Shown: piece after piece, positions 1 to 13,200 of the stretch | Layout: the number at the start of each line of letters is the position of its first letter | Position numbering within the stretch: the first letter of the stretch is position 1 | Made by a program: the position numbers and the translations under genes | Source of the DNA: Amphiscolops sp. MND2022 | Lineage: Eukaryota | Reading direction: 5' to 3' | NCBI GenBank assembly: GCA_964187785.1 | Contig: OZ076413.1 | Location: 50,036,001 to 50,100,000, forward strand | Length of the DNA: 64,000 bases | Notes under the pieces: model-generated | What the model was told of the DNA's origin: nothing | Seen by the model: only the letters and a program-made list of their open reading frames with translations | Databases searched by the model: none

Positions 1-52
1 TGAGTTGATTGGTGAAGAGTATGGGTTGTCTTTTAGACCGTTATAGATTGAG

Positions 53-240
53 TGTTGACGTGAAACGCTCGAATTGAATGAGAACCATAGAGGGGATAAT
101 TGTGAATTGATGATGAATTTAGATTGTTGAAGTACTGTCTTTTAAACTAAGACTCAAACGCAATGAGGCGTAGTAAATGTTCAGACAATGTTACTGTTAC
201 TTATTTACAAATGTTTGTTGCAATTCATCACTCTACTACA
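53..240 (-). repeat. 3' LTR of element 53-6671
   Basis: Starts TGTTGACG and ends CTACTACA; homologous to 6479-6671; adjacent to the PPT. Confidence 0.93.
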
Positions 241-252
241 TTCCCCCTTTTT
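241..252 (-). other. Polypurine tract (PPT)
   Basis: Minus strand reads AAAAAGGGGGAA immediately before the 3' LTR. Confidence 0.85.
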
Positions 253-3200
253 GGGCATAACGCACAGTTATTTAAAATACAACTCAAATCAAAATCAGTA
301 ATCAGTTTACTAGATAGTAACTAGCACTGGCAACTCAAAGTGTTTTAACTGGTGTTGGGATTTATCAGTTTTCTCCATGCACTTCTTCGGCCTCACGTCG
401 ATTCTCCCCCAATTAACTTTCGCAAAGGTAAAATTTTCGGGGTAAAAATTTTGCATCTGGCCATCCCGAGAAGTGGTCTACCGATACCAATAAATACTTG
501 TTTCCCTTTCTAGGTTTTTGAAAGGGTCTCGCAAAATCTAGGGCCACCTCGTCATTTTGTTCTTTTGCCTCCGGTATTTTTCTTATTTGTTTTTGTTTCA
601 ACATGTATTTTAAATTCTTACCTGATTCGAGACACTGTTCGCATAACCGTGCCTGGTCAATCTTCTCACGGTGAATGCGGGGCCACCAGATGTCCTCAAT
701 CATTGCGAGCATTGTGTCTCGGCGCGGATGGCCATAATGAAAGGAGCACATGATCATTGGCCTCATCGGTTGCGGTATAACTATTCTTTTATCCATATAT
801 AGGAATTCGCGATCATCAAGCGAGAAGGCTTAGAACTTTTCGCGCCACGAGGACGGCAAACGGGTAACTCCGGTTTTGTTATATGTTTTCACTAAGCGGA
901 TAACTCGCTGAGTTAATTTATCGGCACTGTAATTAGCCGGCAGATATTTTTCGTTCAATAATTTAATTGACGGACTTTGGCTCATCTTGCGAATGCGCGC
1001 GATATTACTACAATGGCTCTTACTTGTTTCCTGCGAATTACGTTCGTCGTGCGTTATGATTGGCTGTCGTCGGTTTGCTTGGTTAATGCGGTTGACAGTA
1101 TTCGCTTCATTCGCACTTTCCGCCGGCCTGCTTTTCTCACTGCTTGCTTCACTGTTGTCTAATACATCATTCAAGCTAATTACGCTGTTTACAGTGAACC
1201 ATTCATTCCAGAGGGTTTCTGCTTTAAAGCTGATCCTTGTAATTCTGTTGGATGTCTTGACAGGTAATCTGCCATTCCAAGCGTTCTGCCTGCCACGTGT
1301 ACTACTTCAAAATCAAATGGGAGCAATCTATCTACCCATATTGTTAACCTGCTGGAAAATGTTTTGTTTCCCCTATTTGATTTCAGTACCGACATAAATG
1401 CTTTATGATCAGAAATGATTTTAAACTGTACACCACATACATAATTTCTAAAATGTTCTACTGCCCACACTATTGCTAGTAATTCTAATTCATTTATAGA
1501 ATATTTTGACTCAAAATCCGTTAGAAACCTATATGCGAAGCAAATTGATTTCCACTCACCATTGGTTTGACTTGTTGTAAAATTGCACCTAGGCCTTGCT
1601 TGCTTGCAACGCAAAGGATTCGAAAAACTTGGTTTCTTTTAAAATGTGACAGCTCTACCACACTTTTGATTTCATCTTAATTTTCACAAACGCATTTTCA
1701 TGCTCGGCGTTCCATATCCAGTTCGCGTCTTTTTTCAAAATTGTTCTAAATGGGAAACTAAAGCCTGCGATGTTAGATATGAATTTGTTAAAATGATTGA
1801 CCGCTCCGAGAAATGAGCGTAGTTGTTTCAGATTTGTTGGTCTCAGCCTATTGCTTTTTCCCTGGGCTTGAGCAATCATTGGGGATATACATGTTCTCGG
1901 TAATTTGAACCCCAAACATTCTATGCTTTCCTGTGCTATCAAACATTTTTCTGCCTTCAACTGCAAATTCGCTTCGTCCAGAATTTTCATTACTTCTCTC
2001 ACTTTGTTCAGATGTTCATGCTTGGTTCCTTTCATTACAATTAATATATCGTCTATATACACAAATACACTATTTACGTTTGCCAAAGTGATGTCCATTA
2101 ATTTTTGATTTTCTGTTGGCATTACTGTAAGGCCATAAAATCCCGTTGTAAAGCAGTTGGTGCCCGTTGGTTTTCCCTCAACTATTTGAAAATTACAATG
2201 TCTTTTAGTTAATTCTTGTAACGGAATTTGTCCGTAGGCTTAAGTCATGTCTAACGACGAATAACACGCCTCCGCTTCTTTTCGTGTAATTTCTCTACAA
2301 TCATGTCAAATAAATTATCTAGGTTAGGCATTTGGCATTTACCTTTTGCTATAGATTGATTTAGCGCTCTCCCATCTAGGGCATTTTTCACAGACTTATC
2401 TTTTTTGACGGTTATTACTGTTGGATGAATAAACACATCGTCTTGAATTTTGTCAACTTTTTCAATATGACCCTTCTTTAACAGCTTGTCAATTTTTTTA
2501 TCTACTTGATTTTGTAACTGAATTGGCACTCGGCGTTCCTTTTGGTGAATAATTTTCGCATCATTTTTCTTTTTAATTTTAATTTTATAATTCTTCACAC
2601 GACCTTTCCGTGTGAACAATTTTGGAAAATCCCTCACTAATTGCTGAACCTCCGGGTTTTGTTTTTCCTCGGGACTTTTCTCACAGATTGATTCTTTACA
2701 ATTTACATTTTGTTTATTTATTTTACACTCACCTCTTTCTATCGGCTGCGTAATTTTGTAGCGGAGAGCAACTATTCAATCACGGCCCACGATTGATATT
2801 CCCGAATTAGGTGCTACTAGGACTCGGGCTTTTGACACTGTTACTCCTGCGATCTCGAACCGTACGAATTGGTAGCCAAGTAATTCCAGGGGTTTTTTGT
2901 TATAATCAACGTAACGTTCTCCCTCAATCAAGTCATTGATCACTACTTTTTTCTCTCCCCCACAATTTTCTGTTAGTCCCGTTTTGCAAAAATAGAGACT
3001 TGTGACCCAGTGTCAATAATTACTTTAAAACAAATGCCACGCATTGTCGCTTCCATGTGAAAAAGTTTGCAACCGTCTCCGTCCACTCGCAATACTAGTT
3101 GCTCTTTGTCGTCTTCTTCAGATTCTTCGTCCGATTCTTCAATATAGTTCACTCCTCGCAAACTTTTTTCGTTATCCCGGTTCTTCAATCGCTGCGTCAT

Positions 3201-4687
3201 CTCATCTGCCTTTGAGAAAACTTCTTATTACAGCATATTCCACGTGTCCCACGATTTTACAAAATTTAGATCGGTGATTGGTAGCCATGCAGACGTTGTT
3301 GTTTTCCATTGTGAAGTTTGCTACCCCACATCTATAACATTCCCTGGGGTTAGTTTTTTCTATCGCATAGACCGGGATCACTCTTTACTACTGTTTTCAC
3401 TGAATTAGGTGCTTGTGCGTCATAAGCTTTCTATCGTTTCACTCCTTGTTCAAAAGCAATAGCAATTTCCAATGCTTGTTCTCGCTCCTTAGGTTCCGTG
3501 CACAACTTTTCTTGCGCCTTCTTATTGTTCATGTGAAGAATGAACATGTCCAGAACTAGGGTAGATGTTATTTCCCCGAAGTAGCACATTGCTGCCAATG
3601 AGTTTAAGGCGTGCCAGAATTGAAATAGGGCTTCTCAAAATCCGTTAGAAACCTAGATGCGAAGCAAATTGGTTTTCACTCACCATTGGTTTGACTTTGT
3701 TGTAAAACAGCACCTAGGCCTAGCTTGCTTGCATCGCAAATGATTCGATTTTCCTGGTTTCTTTCAAAATGTGACAGTTCTACCTTTCTTTTTATTTCGT
3801 TTTAGATTTCACAAACGCCTTTTCATGCTCGGCGTTCCATATCCAGTCCGCGTCTTTTTTCAAAGTTGTTCTAAATGGGAAACTAATGCCTGCCAAGTTA
3901 GGTATGAATTTGTTAATTTGATTGACCGCTCTGAGAAATGAGCGTGGTTATTTCAAATTTGTTGGTCCCAGCCTATCGCTTATTTCCTGGGCTTTAGCAT
4001 TCATTGGGGATATACCTGTTTTCGTTAATTTGAACCCCAACCATTCGATGCTTTCTTGTGCTATCATACATTTTTCTGCCTTCAAATGCAAATCCGCTTC
4101 GTCCAGAACTTTCATTACTTCTCTCACTTTGTTCAGATGTTCATGCTTGCTTCCTTTCGTTACAATTAATATATCGTCTATATACACAAATACACTATTT
4201 ACGTTTGCCAAAGTGATGTCCTTTAATTTTTGATTTTCTGTTGGCATTACTGTAAGGCCATAAAATCCCGTTGTAAAGCAGTTGGTGCCCGTTGGTTTTC
4301 CCTCAACTATTTGAAAATTACAATGTCTTTTAGTTAATTCTTGTAACGGAATTTGTCCGTAGGCTTAAGTCATGTCTATCGACGAATAACACGACTCCGC
4401 TTCTTTTTCGTCTAATTTCTCTGCAATCATGTCAATTAAATTATCTAGTTTAGGCCTTTGTCTTTTGCTATAGATTGATTTAGCGCTCTCCCATCTAGGG
4501 CATTTTTCACATAGTTATCCTTTTTGGCGGTTATTACTGTTGGTTGAATAAACACATCGTCTTGAATTTTGTCAACTTTCTTAATATGCCCCTTCTTTAA
4601 CAGCTTGTCAATTTCTTTATCTACTTGATTTTGTAACTGAATTGGCACTCGGCGTCCCTTTTGCTGAACATTTTTTGCATCATTTTT

Positions 4688-4976
4688 GCACATGACGAAG
4701 TCAATGTGCATTGCAGTGCAGCTAACTAAGATTTTTTTTCCACAATAGCCAACTTCATAATGAGCGCCTTTTAGATAAAAGCCAAAACCCCAGAGAGATT
4801 CGAACCTGCAGCCTCCCGATTGCACGGCATAAGTGTTGACCACTGTGCCATAGGGACGTTATTGAACAAAGTTGAACTGTTGATTATATACGCATGCGAT
4901 TAAAATAACATATACGCATATTAAAATAACCGATGTCTTCGTCATGTGTTGCGAAGCACCGCTTCGCCTCTGTGTT
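4688..4976 (+). mobile_element. Helentron-associated non-autonomous element (HINE/DINE-1-like) inserted in RT
   Basis: Absent from duplicate copy A (~2560-2575). 12-bp subterminal IR CACATGACGAAG (4689-4700) / CTTCGTCATGTG (4937-4948), 3' hairpin GCGAAGC-ACC-GCTTCGC (4951-4967), inserted in a T-run with no TSD. Confidence 0.8.
4788..4856 (-). ncRNA. tRNA-derived sequence (A box/B box Pol III promoter) inside the HINE; not a functional tRNA gene
   Basis: Minus strand TCCCTA-TGGCACAGTGG (A box)...GGTTCGAATC (B box)-TCTCTGGGG with tRNA-like spacing; the anticodon arm pairs poorly. Confidence 0.6.
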
Positions 4977-6463
4977 CATTTTAATTTTAATTTTGTAATT
5001 CTTCACACCACCTTACCGTGTGAACAATTTTGCAAATTCCCTCACTGATTGCTGAACTTCGCGGTTTTGCTTTTCCTCGGGACTTATCTCACAGATTGAT
5101 TCTTTACAATTTACATTTTGTGTCTTTATTTTACACTCACCTCTTTCTATCAGCTGCGTAGTTTTGTAGCGGAGAGCAACTAGCCAATCACGGCCCACGA
5201 TTGATATTTCCGAATTGGGTGCTACTAGGACTCGGGCTTTTGACACTGTTACTCCTGCGATATCGGGCCGTACGAAATGGTAGCCAAGTAATTCCAGGGG
5301 TTTTTTCGTTATAATGAACGTAACGTTCTCCCTCAATCAAGTCCCTGATGACTACTTTCCTCTGCCCCACAGTTTTCTGTTAGTCCCGTTTTGTAAAAAT
5401 AGAGACTGGTGACCCAGTGTCAATAATTGCTTTAAAATGATTGCCACACATTGTCCCTTCCATGTAGAAAGGTTTACAACCGTCTCCGTCCACATGCAAT
5501 ACTAGTTGCTCTTCGTCGTCTTCTTCAGATTTTTCGTCCAATTCTTCAATATAGTTAACTCTTCGCAAACTTTTTTCGTTATCCCGATTCTTCAACCGCT
5601 GCGTCATCTCATCTGGCTTTGAGAAAACTTCTTGTTACAGCTTTTTCTACGTGTCCCACCATTTTACAAAATTTACATCGGTGATTGGTAGCCATGCAGA
5701 AGTTGACGTGTTCCATTGTGATGTTTGCTACCCCACATCTATAACATTCCCTGGGGTTAGTTCTTTCTATCGCATAGACCGGTTCACTCTTCACTACTGT
5801 TTTCACTGAATAAGGTGCTTGTTCGCCATAAGCCTTCTGTCGCTTCACTCCTTCTTCAAAAGCAATAGCAAATTCCAATGCTTGGTCTGGCTCCTAAGGT
5901 TCCTTGCACTACTTTTCTTGCACCTTCTTATTATTCATGTGAAGAATGAACATGTCCACAACTAGGGTAGATGTTATTTCCCCGAAGTCGCACATTGCTG
6001 CCAACCCGTTTAAGGCGTTTCAGAATTGAAATAGGGTTTGACCACGCTGCTGGAGTCTTGAGAAAAATCGATGTCTGTCGAGGGTTCTATTCCTGTTTTT
6101 TCGAAAGCATTCAATACATAAGTTGAATAATTCTAGGGTTTTTAAGTCCCACAGGGCTTTGTGCGGATATTTATCCATAAATTGCTTCCTCTCCGCAGCA
6201 CCCAATGACAAGTACAGGATACTGATAACCTTATTTGCAGGATCTTCGTCAAGGTCCCCCAACAACGGACGAACCCTGGGAGTCTGCTGCGTCGTCTCGC
6301 GTGTCAGCCCAGTGACTGAAATGGAATATTTAACCCTTAAGGCTACTTTAAAAAGATCAAACCACTTGTCCTAATCCATCGTAGGATTCGTGGTCGCATC
6401 ACTCCAGAACACTGGCAGTCCAACGAGACGTGACGATGAAGAGGATGGTGAAAAAGAAAATTT

Positions 6464-6478
6464 CAGCTCGCCGCGCCA
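6464..6478 (-). other. Primer binding site, probably tRNA-Ser
   Basis: TGGCGCGGCGAGCTG directly after the 5' LTR, close to the complement of a tRNA-Ser 3' end (TGGCGCAGCGAGCAG, from memory). Confidence 0.65.
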
Positions 6479-6671
6479 TGTTGACGCGGAACTCTCGAAT
6501 CGAATGAGAACAATAGAGGGGATAATTGTGAAGTGATGATGAATTTAGAATGTTTAAGTACTGTCTTTTAAACTAAGGCTCAAACGCAATGAGGCGTAGC
6601 AATTGATAAGTTCAAACAATGTTACTGGTATTTATTTACAAATGTTTGTTGCAATTCATCACTCTACTACA
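6479..6671 (-). repeat. 5' LTR of element 53-6671
   Basis: Homologous to 53-240 with multiple substitutions and a small indel; followed by TSD TTGAG. Confidence 0.93.
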
Positions 6672-8057
6672 TTGAGATTTCAATGTTTTTTTGGCCAAAA
6701 TATTGCTGAAAACTAGTAAATAACCGAAATCGGTTGTTTCGTTGAAAACCTTTTCAATAAGTCACAGGGATATGTAATGGCAATGTTTTTATTCAGATAA
6801 ATTTCGCTTTCACAGATTTTTGAAAAAAGTTGAAAAATCTTAGTTTTCTGTGCATTCTTGTTTTAGAGGCAGTTTAGGATTAGGATCCTGCTACGGCCTT
6901 CCTCTCTAGCTTGGTAACAGAGCCATTTAGTACCCATTAGTGATAAATGATGGTTGAAAAAGTTTTCCAACATTGCTTTTCTGTTAGTCCTTTAAAATCA
7001 TCAGATTGTCTGTTTTGAGTTTTCAAGTTTTCAAATTAAATTTTAAATGCTCTGCTGGTAAAAACTAATTGCGAGAACCTTTGAGTCAAAGTGATGATAT
7101 CCCACTTTGAAAAATTGACTTTTTCGCGAATTCGTGCCTTTTGGTTCCTTTCAAATCCCGTTTGTGGATGTTATTTGTATGTAGCATTAGCCAGCAACGT
7201 ACCTGGGTTCGTTTGGTGCAACAGTGAGTGGATATATTTTATGACATTGATTTTTCATCAAACTTCAGGTTTTTTTCCGAAAGTGCAATTTTTTAGTACT
7301 TTGCCTCTTTGGTTTTCAAACGGGGGCATCTTTTTCCAAGTGTCTTTCACGCAAAAATTGAAAATGCTGACCTCTGGAATCAAGGAATCATAGTCATCCA
7401 GGAGTTACATCCAGGAGCAAAAGAGCCTGAATTGGAAATATATATTTTTTCTTAACTTTGGTATGTTTCAGCGGCAGTTGTTATTGGCTGAGACCAGATA
7501 TCATTCATTGGATAATTTTACACTGCGCAAACATTGCTGTCGCGACGGCACTCGAGCTGTGTACTACGATAGTTGCGCCTATGCCTTCAAGTTATTCTTT
7601 CCTCTTTTTTTTGGTAACATCTTGCGAAACTTAATTCGTGTAATGGTTTTTTCCGTACAACGTTAGCCAGACTCTAGGCTGCAAATTGGCAGAACTTTCG
7701 CTCCAAAAGAGGTTTCGTCTTTTTACGTTCTTGTTGACTTTGATGTCTTTTCATACGTAGCATACGAACAGACCTCTTAATAACTTTAATTATTCTTTGG
7801 AAAAATTTCAACCACATTGACTCAATCGTTCTCCAAAACGAATTTGTACGCGTATAGCGAGTGGCAGTTCAGATACCTTGCAGCCCGTGACTTTTCCCTC
7901 AGATATTGACCAGATAGATTTTTGTAATTTTCTCGCGAAAATATAGCTCATAAGTTTGACTCGATGAAAATGACTTTGATTCGATAAATCGATGAAGAAA
8001 TCATTATTTTGTCAAAATTGGAACTCGTAATTTGTACTCGCGTTGCGCATTCGTCTG

Positions 8058-9977
8058 CAGGGGTGTTCAAAAATTAATTGAATTGGAATTAAATGCAATT
8101 AATTGAAATAAAATTCAATTTTTAGCTATTCAATTAGTTGAATATTTGGTTTTGGAGAATTCTTTCATATATTTATTTTAAAGTTCAATTATTTAATTTT
8201 GGAAATGCATATAGATATGTTTTATTTCAGACATTTCTGGGAATTGATTTATTCTGGGAATTGATTTTTTTCGAAATTTTCAGATGTACGTTTCTGAGAA
8301 ATTTATTCATTGTGCATTATTTTCTACACGCCTATTACAAATGCCTGGCAAGAACGATAATGTGGTTTCAGTTTATTTTTGTTAGAATCCTACGAATGAG
8401 AATTCATGGACTTGTAAACGTGGGAAAAACTCAACCCAAAAAAAGGGAATTGTCAGCACCAATTTAATGAATCGTATTCGTGCTCTACACTCAGAGTATG
8501 AAAAAGAATGTGCCAAGCAGTCAGTTACAAAATTTTTTCCAGCTGGAAGAGCTACTATAAAAAGTGCTACAAACATATATGGTAGGCTGGACTGGGTATT
8601 TTCTAAATAAATTTCTTCTTCATTTGCGGAAGACCCGTTATCAAGAAAACACTCAAACCTTTCGTCAATTAGCAGGAATACATCTACCTCTTACTTGGAA
8701 GCAATATCTGAAGGAGTGGAAAGAAGATCTCTTGAAATGCCAGATATATTTGCTTTAATTATCGATGGGTTGTCGAAGTGGTCAACTAACTTCTACGCCG
8801 TATTCGCCACTTATCCTTTTGCCGACAAGCTATATCAAAGTGCCTTAATAGGGTTTCAGCGCTTTTAACTGAAAAGACATTTACAGCACAAGATCATTTT
8901 GATTGTTTTGAGTTTTTGCTTAAAATTTACAATAAATTTGAAAACATCGTATGCATCACCTCAGATAATGCCGAGGTTAATCATGCAATAGCCGATTTAT
9001 GTGGGGTTCCTCTAATTGGCTGTGCTTCGCATAAATTCAACTTGGCAGTGACAGACTTCTCAGATCATTGACATTCTCAGACTTTGGATAGTATTTATTC
9101 CGTTATGGTACAGCTAAGAACTCCAAAAATGGGAGGTGAGTTACGTGACTTCACCAAGCTTCAGCCAATACTTCTCAATAATACCCGTTGGCTGAGTTCT
9201 TTCAACATGATATCTCTGTTTTTGCAATTATCCCCATTCTTAGATAAGTTAGCAAGCTATCAGAAAATCGGCAGTGTATTCCTTCTGCTCGACTGATAAC
9301 TGAGCTTAAATTGCTAGACGAAACGTTAGAAAAATTGAGATCAGTCATAGAGGCGCTACAAGATAGCAGTTTGGATTTAAAAGAAGTGCGGATTCTTTTT
9401 GATGAAGTACTACAAGTAAATCGTGAACCAGAAAGCAAATATTTGACTCCAAGTTCGCTCTTTGTACCGCCCCTCATTTGAGGATAAGCTGAGGAAAATT
9501 CTTACTTTTGAGGAAACTTCGATGCTACCAGATGAGGTGGCTAGCTTCAAAGGGTTCCTGAAAAGCGAGCAAATAATGTTGACCTCAGAGCTGCAAATGA
9601 GACTGCAATGTATTTTGCAACCAAGTGTTTGAAAAAGCAAAAAAAACATGACCGTTGCAGTGCATATTTGCAGCCTACGTTTATTCTCACATTGTCTGAT
9701 ATGGTGGAACGTTTTTTAGTAGTGCCGGTTATGCATGTTCGGAACACTGTCAGAACCTTTTGTCCATGAAGCTCTAGGTGCCACTATTTCTGAAGGGTAA
9801 TCATAGAGCCTGGGACGAGCATGTTATAGAGAATACTAAAATAACGCTCTGAAAATTGAATGCCAATTAATTGCATTTAATTCAGTTATTAAATGTTTGA
9901 ATCTGTTAGTTTCAGTTAAATGTTTTACAATTTGAATGTTGATTTTTACATTTTCAATTAGTTTTTGAAGACCGCTT
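8058..9977 (+). mobile_element. hAT-superfamily DNA transposon, decayed
   Basis: Imperfect ~25-bp TIRs (CAGGGGTGTTCAAAAATTAATTGAA / TTCAATTAGTTTTTGAAGACCGCTT), perfect 8-bp TSD TTCGTCTG at 8050-8057 and 9978-9985, and AT-rich subterminal AATTG repeats. Confidence 0.92.
8341..9850 (+). pseudogene. hAT transposase pseudogene
   Basis: Frameshifted motifs: ALIIDG (first catalytic D), [10 protein letters not shown] (second D), [14 protein letters not shown] (CxxH), NNTRWLSS (TRW) and C-terminal MVERFFS...LFLKGNHRAW dimerization-domain motif. Confidence 0.85.
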
Positions 9978-9995
9978 TTCGTCTGAATTACAACC

Positions 9996-10208
9996 TGTTA
10001 TACGGTTCATCCGTCAATCATCAAGAAACTGATAAACTGACCTTTACCGAACTCCGGTTGTAGACATACCTGCCTAATGTTTACAAACAGTAGATATATA
10101 CTGAAACATTCATTTATGTTACTTGATACATAGCGTACGCTTGAGTAGAGTAAAGAGATACTTTTAGAAAACTGTGTTCTTTTCCTAGTAATAGTCAGAG
10201 ATACAACA
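9996..10208 (+). repeat. 5' LTR
   Basis: TGTTATAC...GATACAACA, near identical to 15607-15819. Confidence 0.97.
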
Positions 10209-10224
10209 TGGCGCAGTAAGCAAG
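10209..10224 (+). other. Primer binding site, probably tRNA-Ser
   Basis: TGGCGCAGTAAGCAAG directly after the 5' LTR. Confidence 0.7.
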
Positions 10225-10260
10225 ATTTTAAAAAACAAACCGAAAATTTTTACCGGAACC

Positions 10261-13200
10261 ATGGCAGAAAAGAACACCGTACCGAACCTAGAAGCAAAGG
10301 CATCGGACGGAAACCAAATATTTACCCCCAGACAATGGCTGGAGAGATTCCGGCAGTTTACTAAACGAGAACACAAAATTGATATCACTCCGCTGATAAA
10401 GGGAGAAGATATCACAGAGGCCGGATGGACCGCCGAAAAAGAACCAAACATCCAAGAAGACTTCATCTGGGAAGTGGGACCGGACGCACTATATCAGATA
10501 ACCCGGGCCGAGTACAAAACGGAACCGGACAGTATCAAAATCAAAGATCTAATTCGGTTGTATACCGAACATTACCTCCCGAAACGCAATACATACCACA
10601 ATAGATGGGACTTCTTTTGGGCAAAACAATCGGAAAACGAGACATCTGAAGAATTTTAGAGAAGACTCATCGAGATAGAAAAGGAATGCAATTTCGGCAG
10701 TATATCAGCCGAAGAATTACTAATATCCAAATACATGACGGCGATAACAGACAAGAAACTACGGGACAAACTAATGAAAGAGAAAACATTAGAGATGAAG
10801 AAAACGATCGAAATGATCAAACAAAATACCTACGAAAAGAAAAACAAGAAAAACACAATACCGGAAGCCCTGATTACAGCAAAAGAAAAACAAATAATCA
10901 AAGAGGAACCGATACAAAGAATGGAAAAATACGGTACCAGGCCGAAAACAAGAATAACAGGAAGCCGACCATGCAGATTCTGCAACGCACCGAACTGGAG
11001 CCTAATACACAAATGCCCCGCAGAAGACTCAAATTGCAACAATTGCGGAAAGAAAGGACACTACGAACGAGTGTGCAAACAAAGAATAAAGAACAACCGA
11101 ACAGTGAAAAAACTTACCGAAGAAGAAGAAATAGAACCGAATGAATCGATGAGTGAATCCGATGAGAGTATGTTCCACATAGAAGAAATAAAGAAGATCG
11201 TAGAACAACAGAAACACTACACAGCAAAAATAAAAATAAACGGAACACCAAAAGAATTTATAATTGACACCGGATCCCCAGTAACAATAATGCCACTAGA
11301 CGAACAAATAATGAAGAAGACCGAAAACCAGAAAATAGCAAGCCAATACCAAGACGCGAACAAAAACGAAATAAAATTCCGGGGGAAGATACCGGTAGAC
11401 ATGGAGTACGAAAATAACAAACAAAAGCTGGAAATACTAATTACCGAAAGAATGGATATAACACCATTATTGGGTATGGACTGGATGAAAAAATTCAAAT
11501 TGACAATCGGAAGAATACAATTAATCGAACCCAATCAATCGGAAAAAGAAATTGTAATAAAAAAATTCCCGGACCTATTCGAAAACAACCGAACAATAAA
11601 AGATACCGAAATAAATATACAATTGAAACCCGGACACTACCCGGTAAAACAAAAAGCGAGACCGATTCCACTACACCTACAAGAAGATGTAGGACGAGAA
11701 TTTGAAAAACTAATAAAAACCGGACATCTAGAAAAAATAAACAACGTGGATGAAGACTGTTTTGTATCACCGGTAGTAATAACAGTACATAACGATAAAT
11801 CGGTAAAAATAGCATTGGACTCCCGAAATTAAATGATAGCTGCATTAAACGGAGACCACACATGCTGAACATGGAAGAATTACTAAACCAAATTTCGGTA
11901 GAAATTTCACGGGACCGAACACTACAACTATTCATGTCAAAAATCGACTTAGATTACGCATACGGACAAATGAATCTTTCCGAAGAAACAAGCCGACAAT
12001 GTGTATTCGCAATTACCGGAGCAAACTTTAGCGGATATTACAGATTCAAAAAAGGGTTTTACGGACTTGCCGATATCCCCACAATCTTCCAAGAAAAAAT
12101 TGACCGAACATTAGAATACAGCACACCGGCATGGCTAGATAACATCATAGTAGTAACACGCGGAAATAAATAGGAACACGAGAAAAAATTATACGAGGTA
12201 CTATCCAAACTCGAAAAAGCCGGATATCGGGCAAGTAAAAGAAAAGCCGAATTCTTCTTAAAGCGGACCAAATGGATGGGACACGAAATCGACGAGAACG
12301 GAATAAAACCGAATGAAGAGAAAGTCGAAGCCATACAAAAGTTGAAGTCACCGAACAATACAAAAGAGCTGAAATCATTTCTCGGCGCAATACAATACTT
12401 AGCAAAATTCCTACCGAAACTTTCGGAAAAAACGGACAGACTGAGAAAATTGTTGAAAAAGAATGAATCATGGATATGGGAAGAAGAACAAGAAAAAGAC
12501 TTCAAACAAATAAAACAAATGTTGACTGATAAACCATGCTTAGCACATTACGCGAAAGACAAGTGTAATATGGTAACAACAGACGCGAGTAAAACCGGAC
12601 TCGAGATAACACTCTGGCAAAAACAAGATGACGGAGAAATAAACCCGATCGCATTCGGTAGTAGATATTTAAACGACACAGTAAAAAATTACTCAATCGG
12701 TGAACTCGAATTACTAGCAACAGTCTGGGGACTTGAAAAATTCCGATTTTACCTATACGGAAAGAAAGTATTTTTATACACTGACCACCAAGCACTGGAA
12801 CCGTTAATAAAACGGAATCGGAGTAATCACCAATACAGCGCAAGACTAACGTGATGGCTAGACCGATTAGCACATTTTGACATCGCAGTTCAGCATATTG
12901 CCTTAAATTTACCGACTATCTCAGCAGAAATCCAGTAGAGGGAGCACCAACAGAAAACAAATACGACGAAACGAAGAATACGTCATTAACATATTAACCG
13001 AACTTGCGAAATTGAACGCAAAATATGGTTCACTATTCGACAGCCAATCAGAACGCAGCAAACAAGACACCGAGACAAAACAAAATCAATCCGAGAACAA
13101 AATTGAGCAAAGCAATGACCAATCACATCAAAATAGAACATTCCACAACAAACACCACGTGAACAAAACCAACAACAGTGAGAAAACCACATCCGGGCAG

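Larger units (their letters stand above)
1510..6037. repeat. Internal tandem duplication of ~2.12 kb (copy A ~1510-3631, copy B ~3634-6037 including a ~290 bp insertion)
   Basis: CTCAAAATCCGTTAGAAACCT begins both copies and CAGAATTGAAATAGGG ends both. ORF pairs are duplicated (1655/3948 MPTENQKL..., 2973/5380 MTQRLKNRD...). Confidence 0.92.
413..6440 (-). pseudogene. gag-pol pseudogene (fragmented; gag C-terminus to RNase H start present twice)
   Basis: Many short minus-strand ORFs with gag/PR/RT/RH/IN motifs, broken by stops and frameshifts. Integrase stops shortly after VDHFSGWPDAKFL. Confidence 0.9.
53..6671 (-). mobile_element. Decayed Ty3/gypsy (Mag-like) LTR retrotransposon with internal tandem duplication and truncated integrase
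   Basis: Direct LTRs at 53-240 and 6479-6671 (TG...CA) and 5-bp TSD TTGAG at 48-52 and 6672-6676. PBS and PPT are in the expected minus-strand positions. Minus-strand ORF fragments: gag Zn knuckle (CKFCKMVGH), protease (IIDTGSPVS), RT (YIDD), RNase H (ELELLAIVWAVEHF) and integrase (H...WWP...CEQC; VDHFSGWP), in gypsy order. Confidence 0.95.

Noticed and set aside
4788..4856. Functional tRNA gene
   Set aside because: A and B boxes are present, but the stems and anticodon arm pair poorly and it lies within a mobile insertion
7300..7900. Possible highly decayed Tc1/mariner transposase on the minus strand
   Set aside because: Only faint motif echoes (NYPMNDIWS, cf. LNPIENIW); no TIR or TSD found
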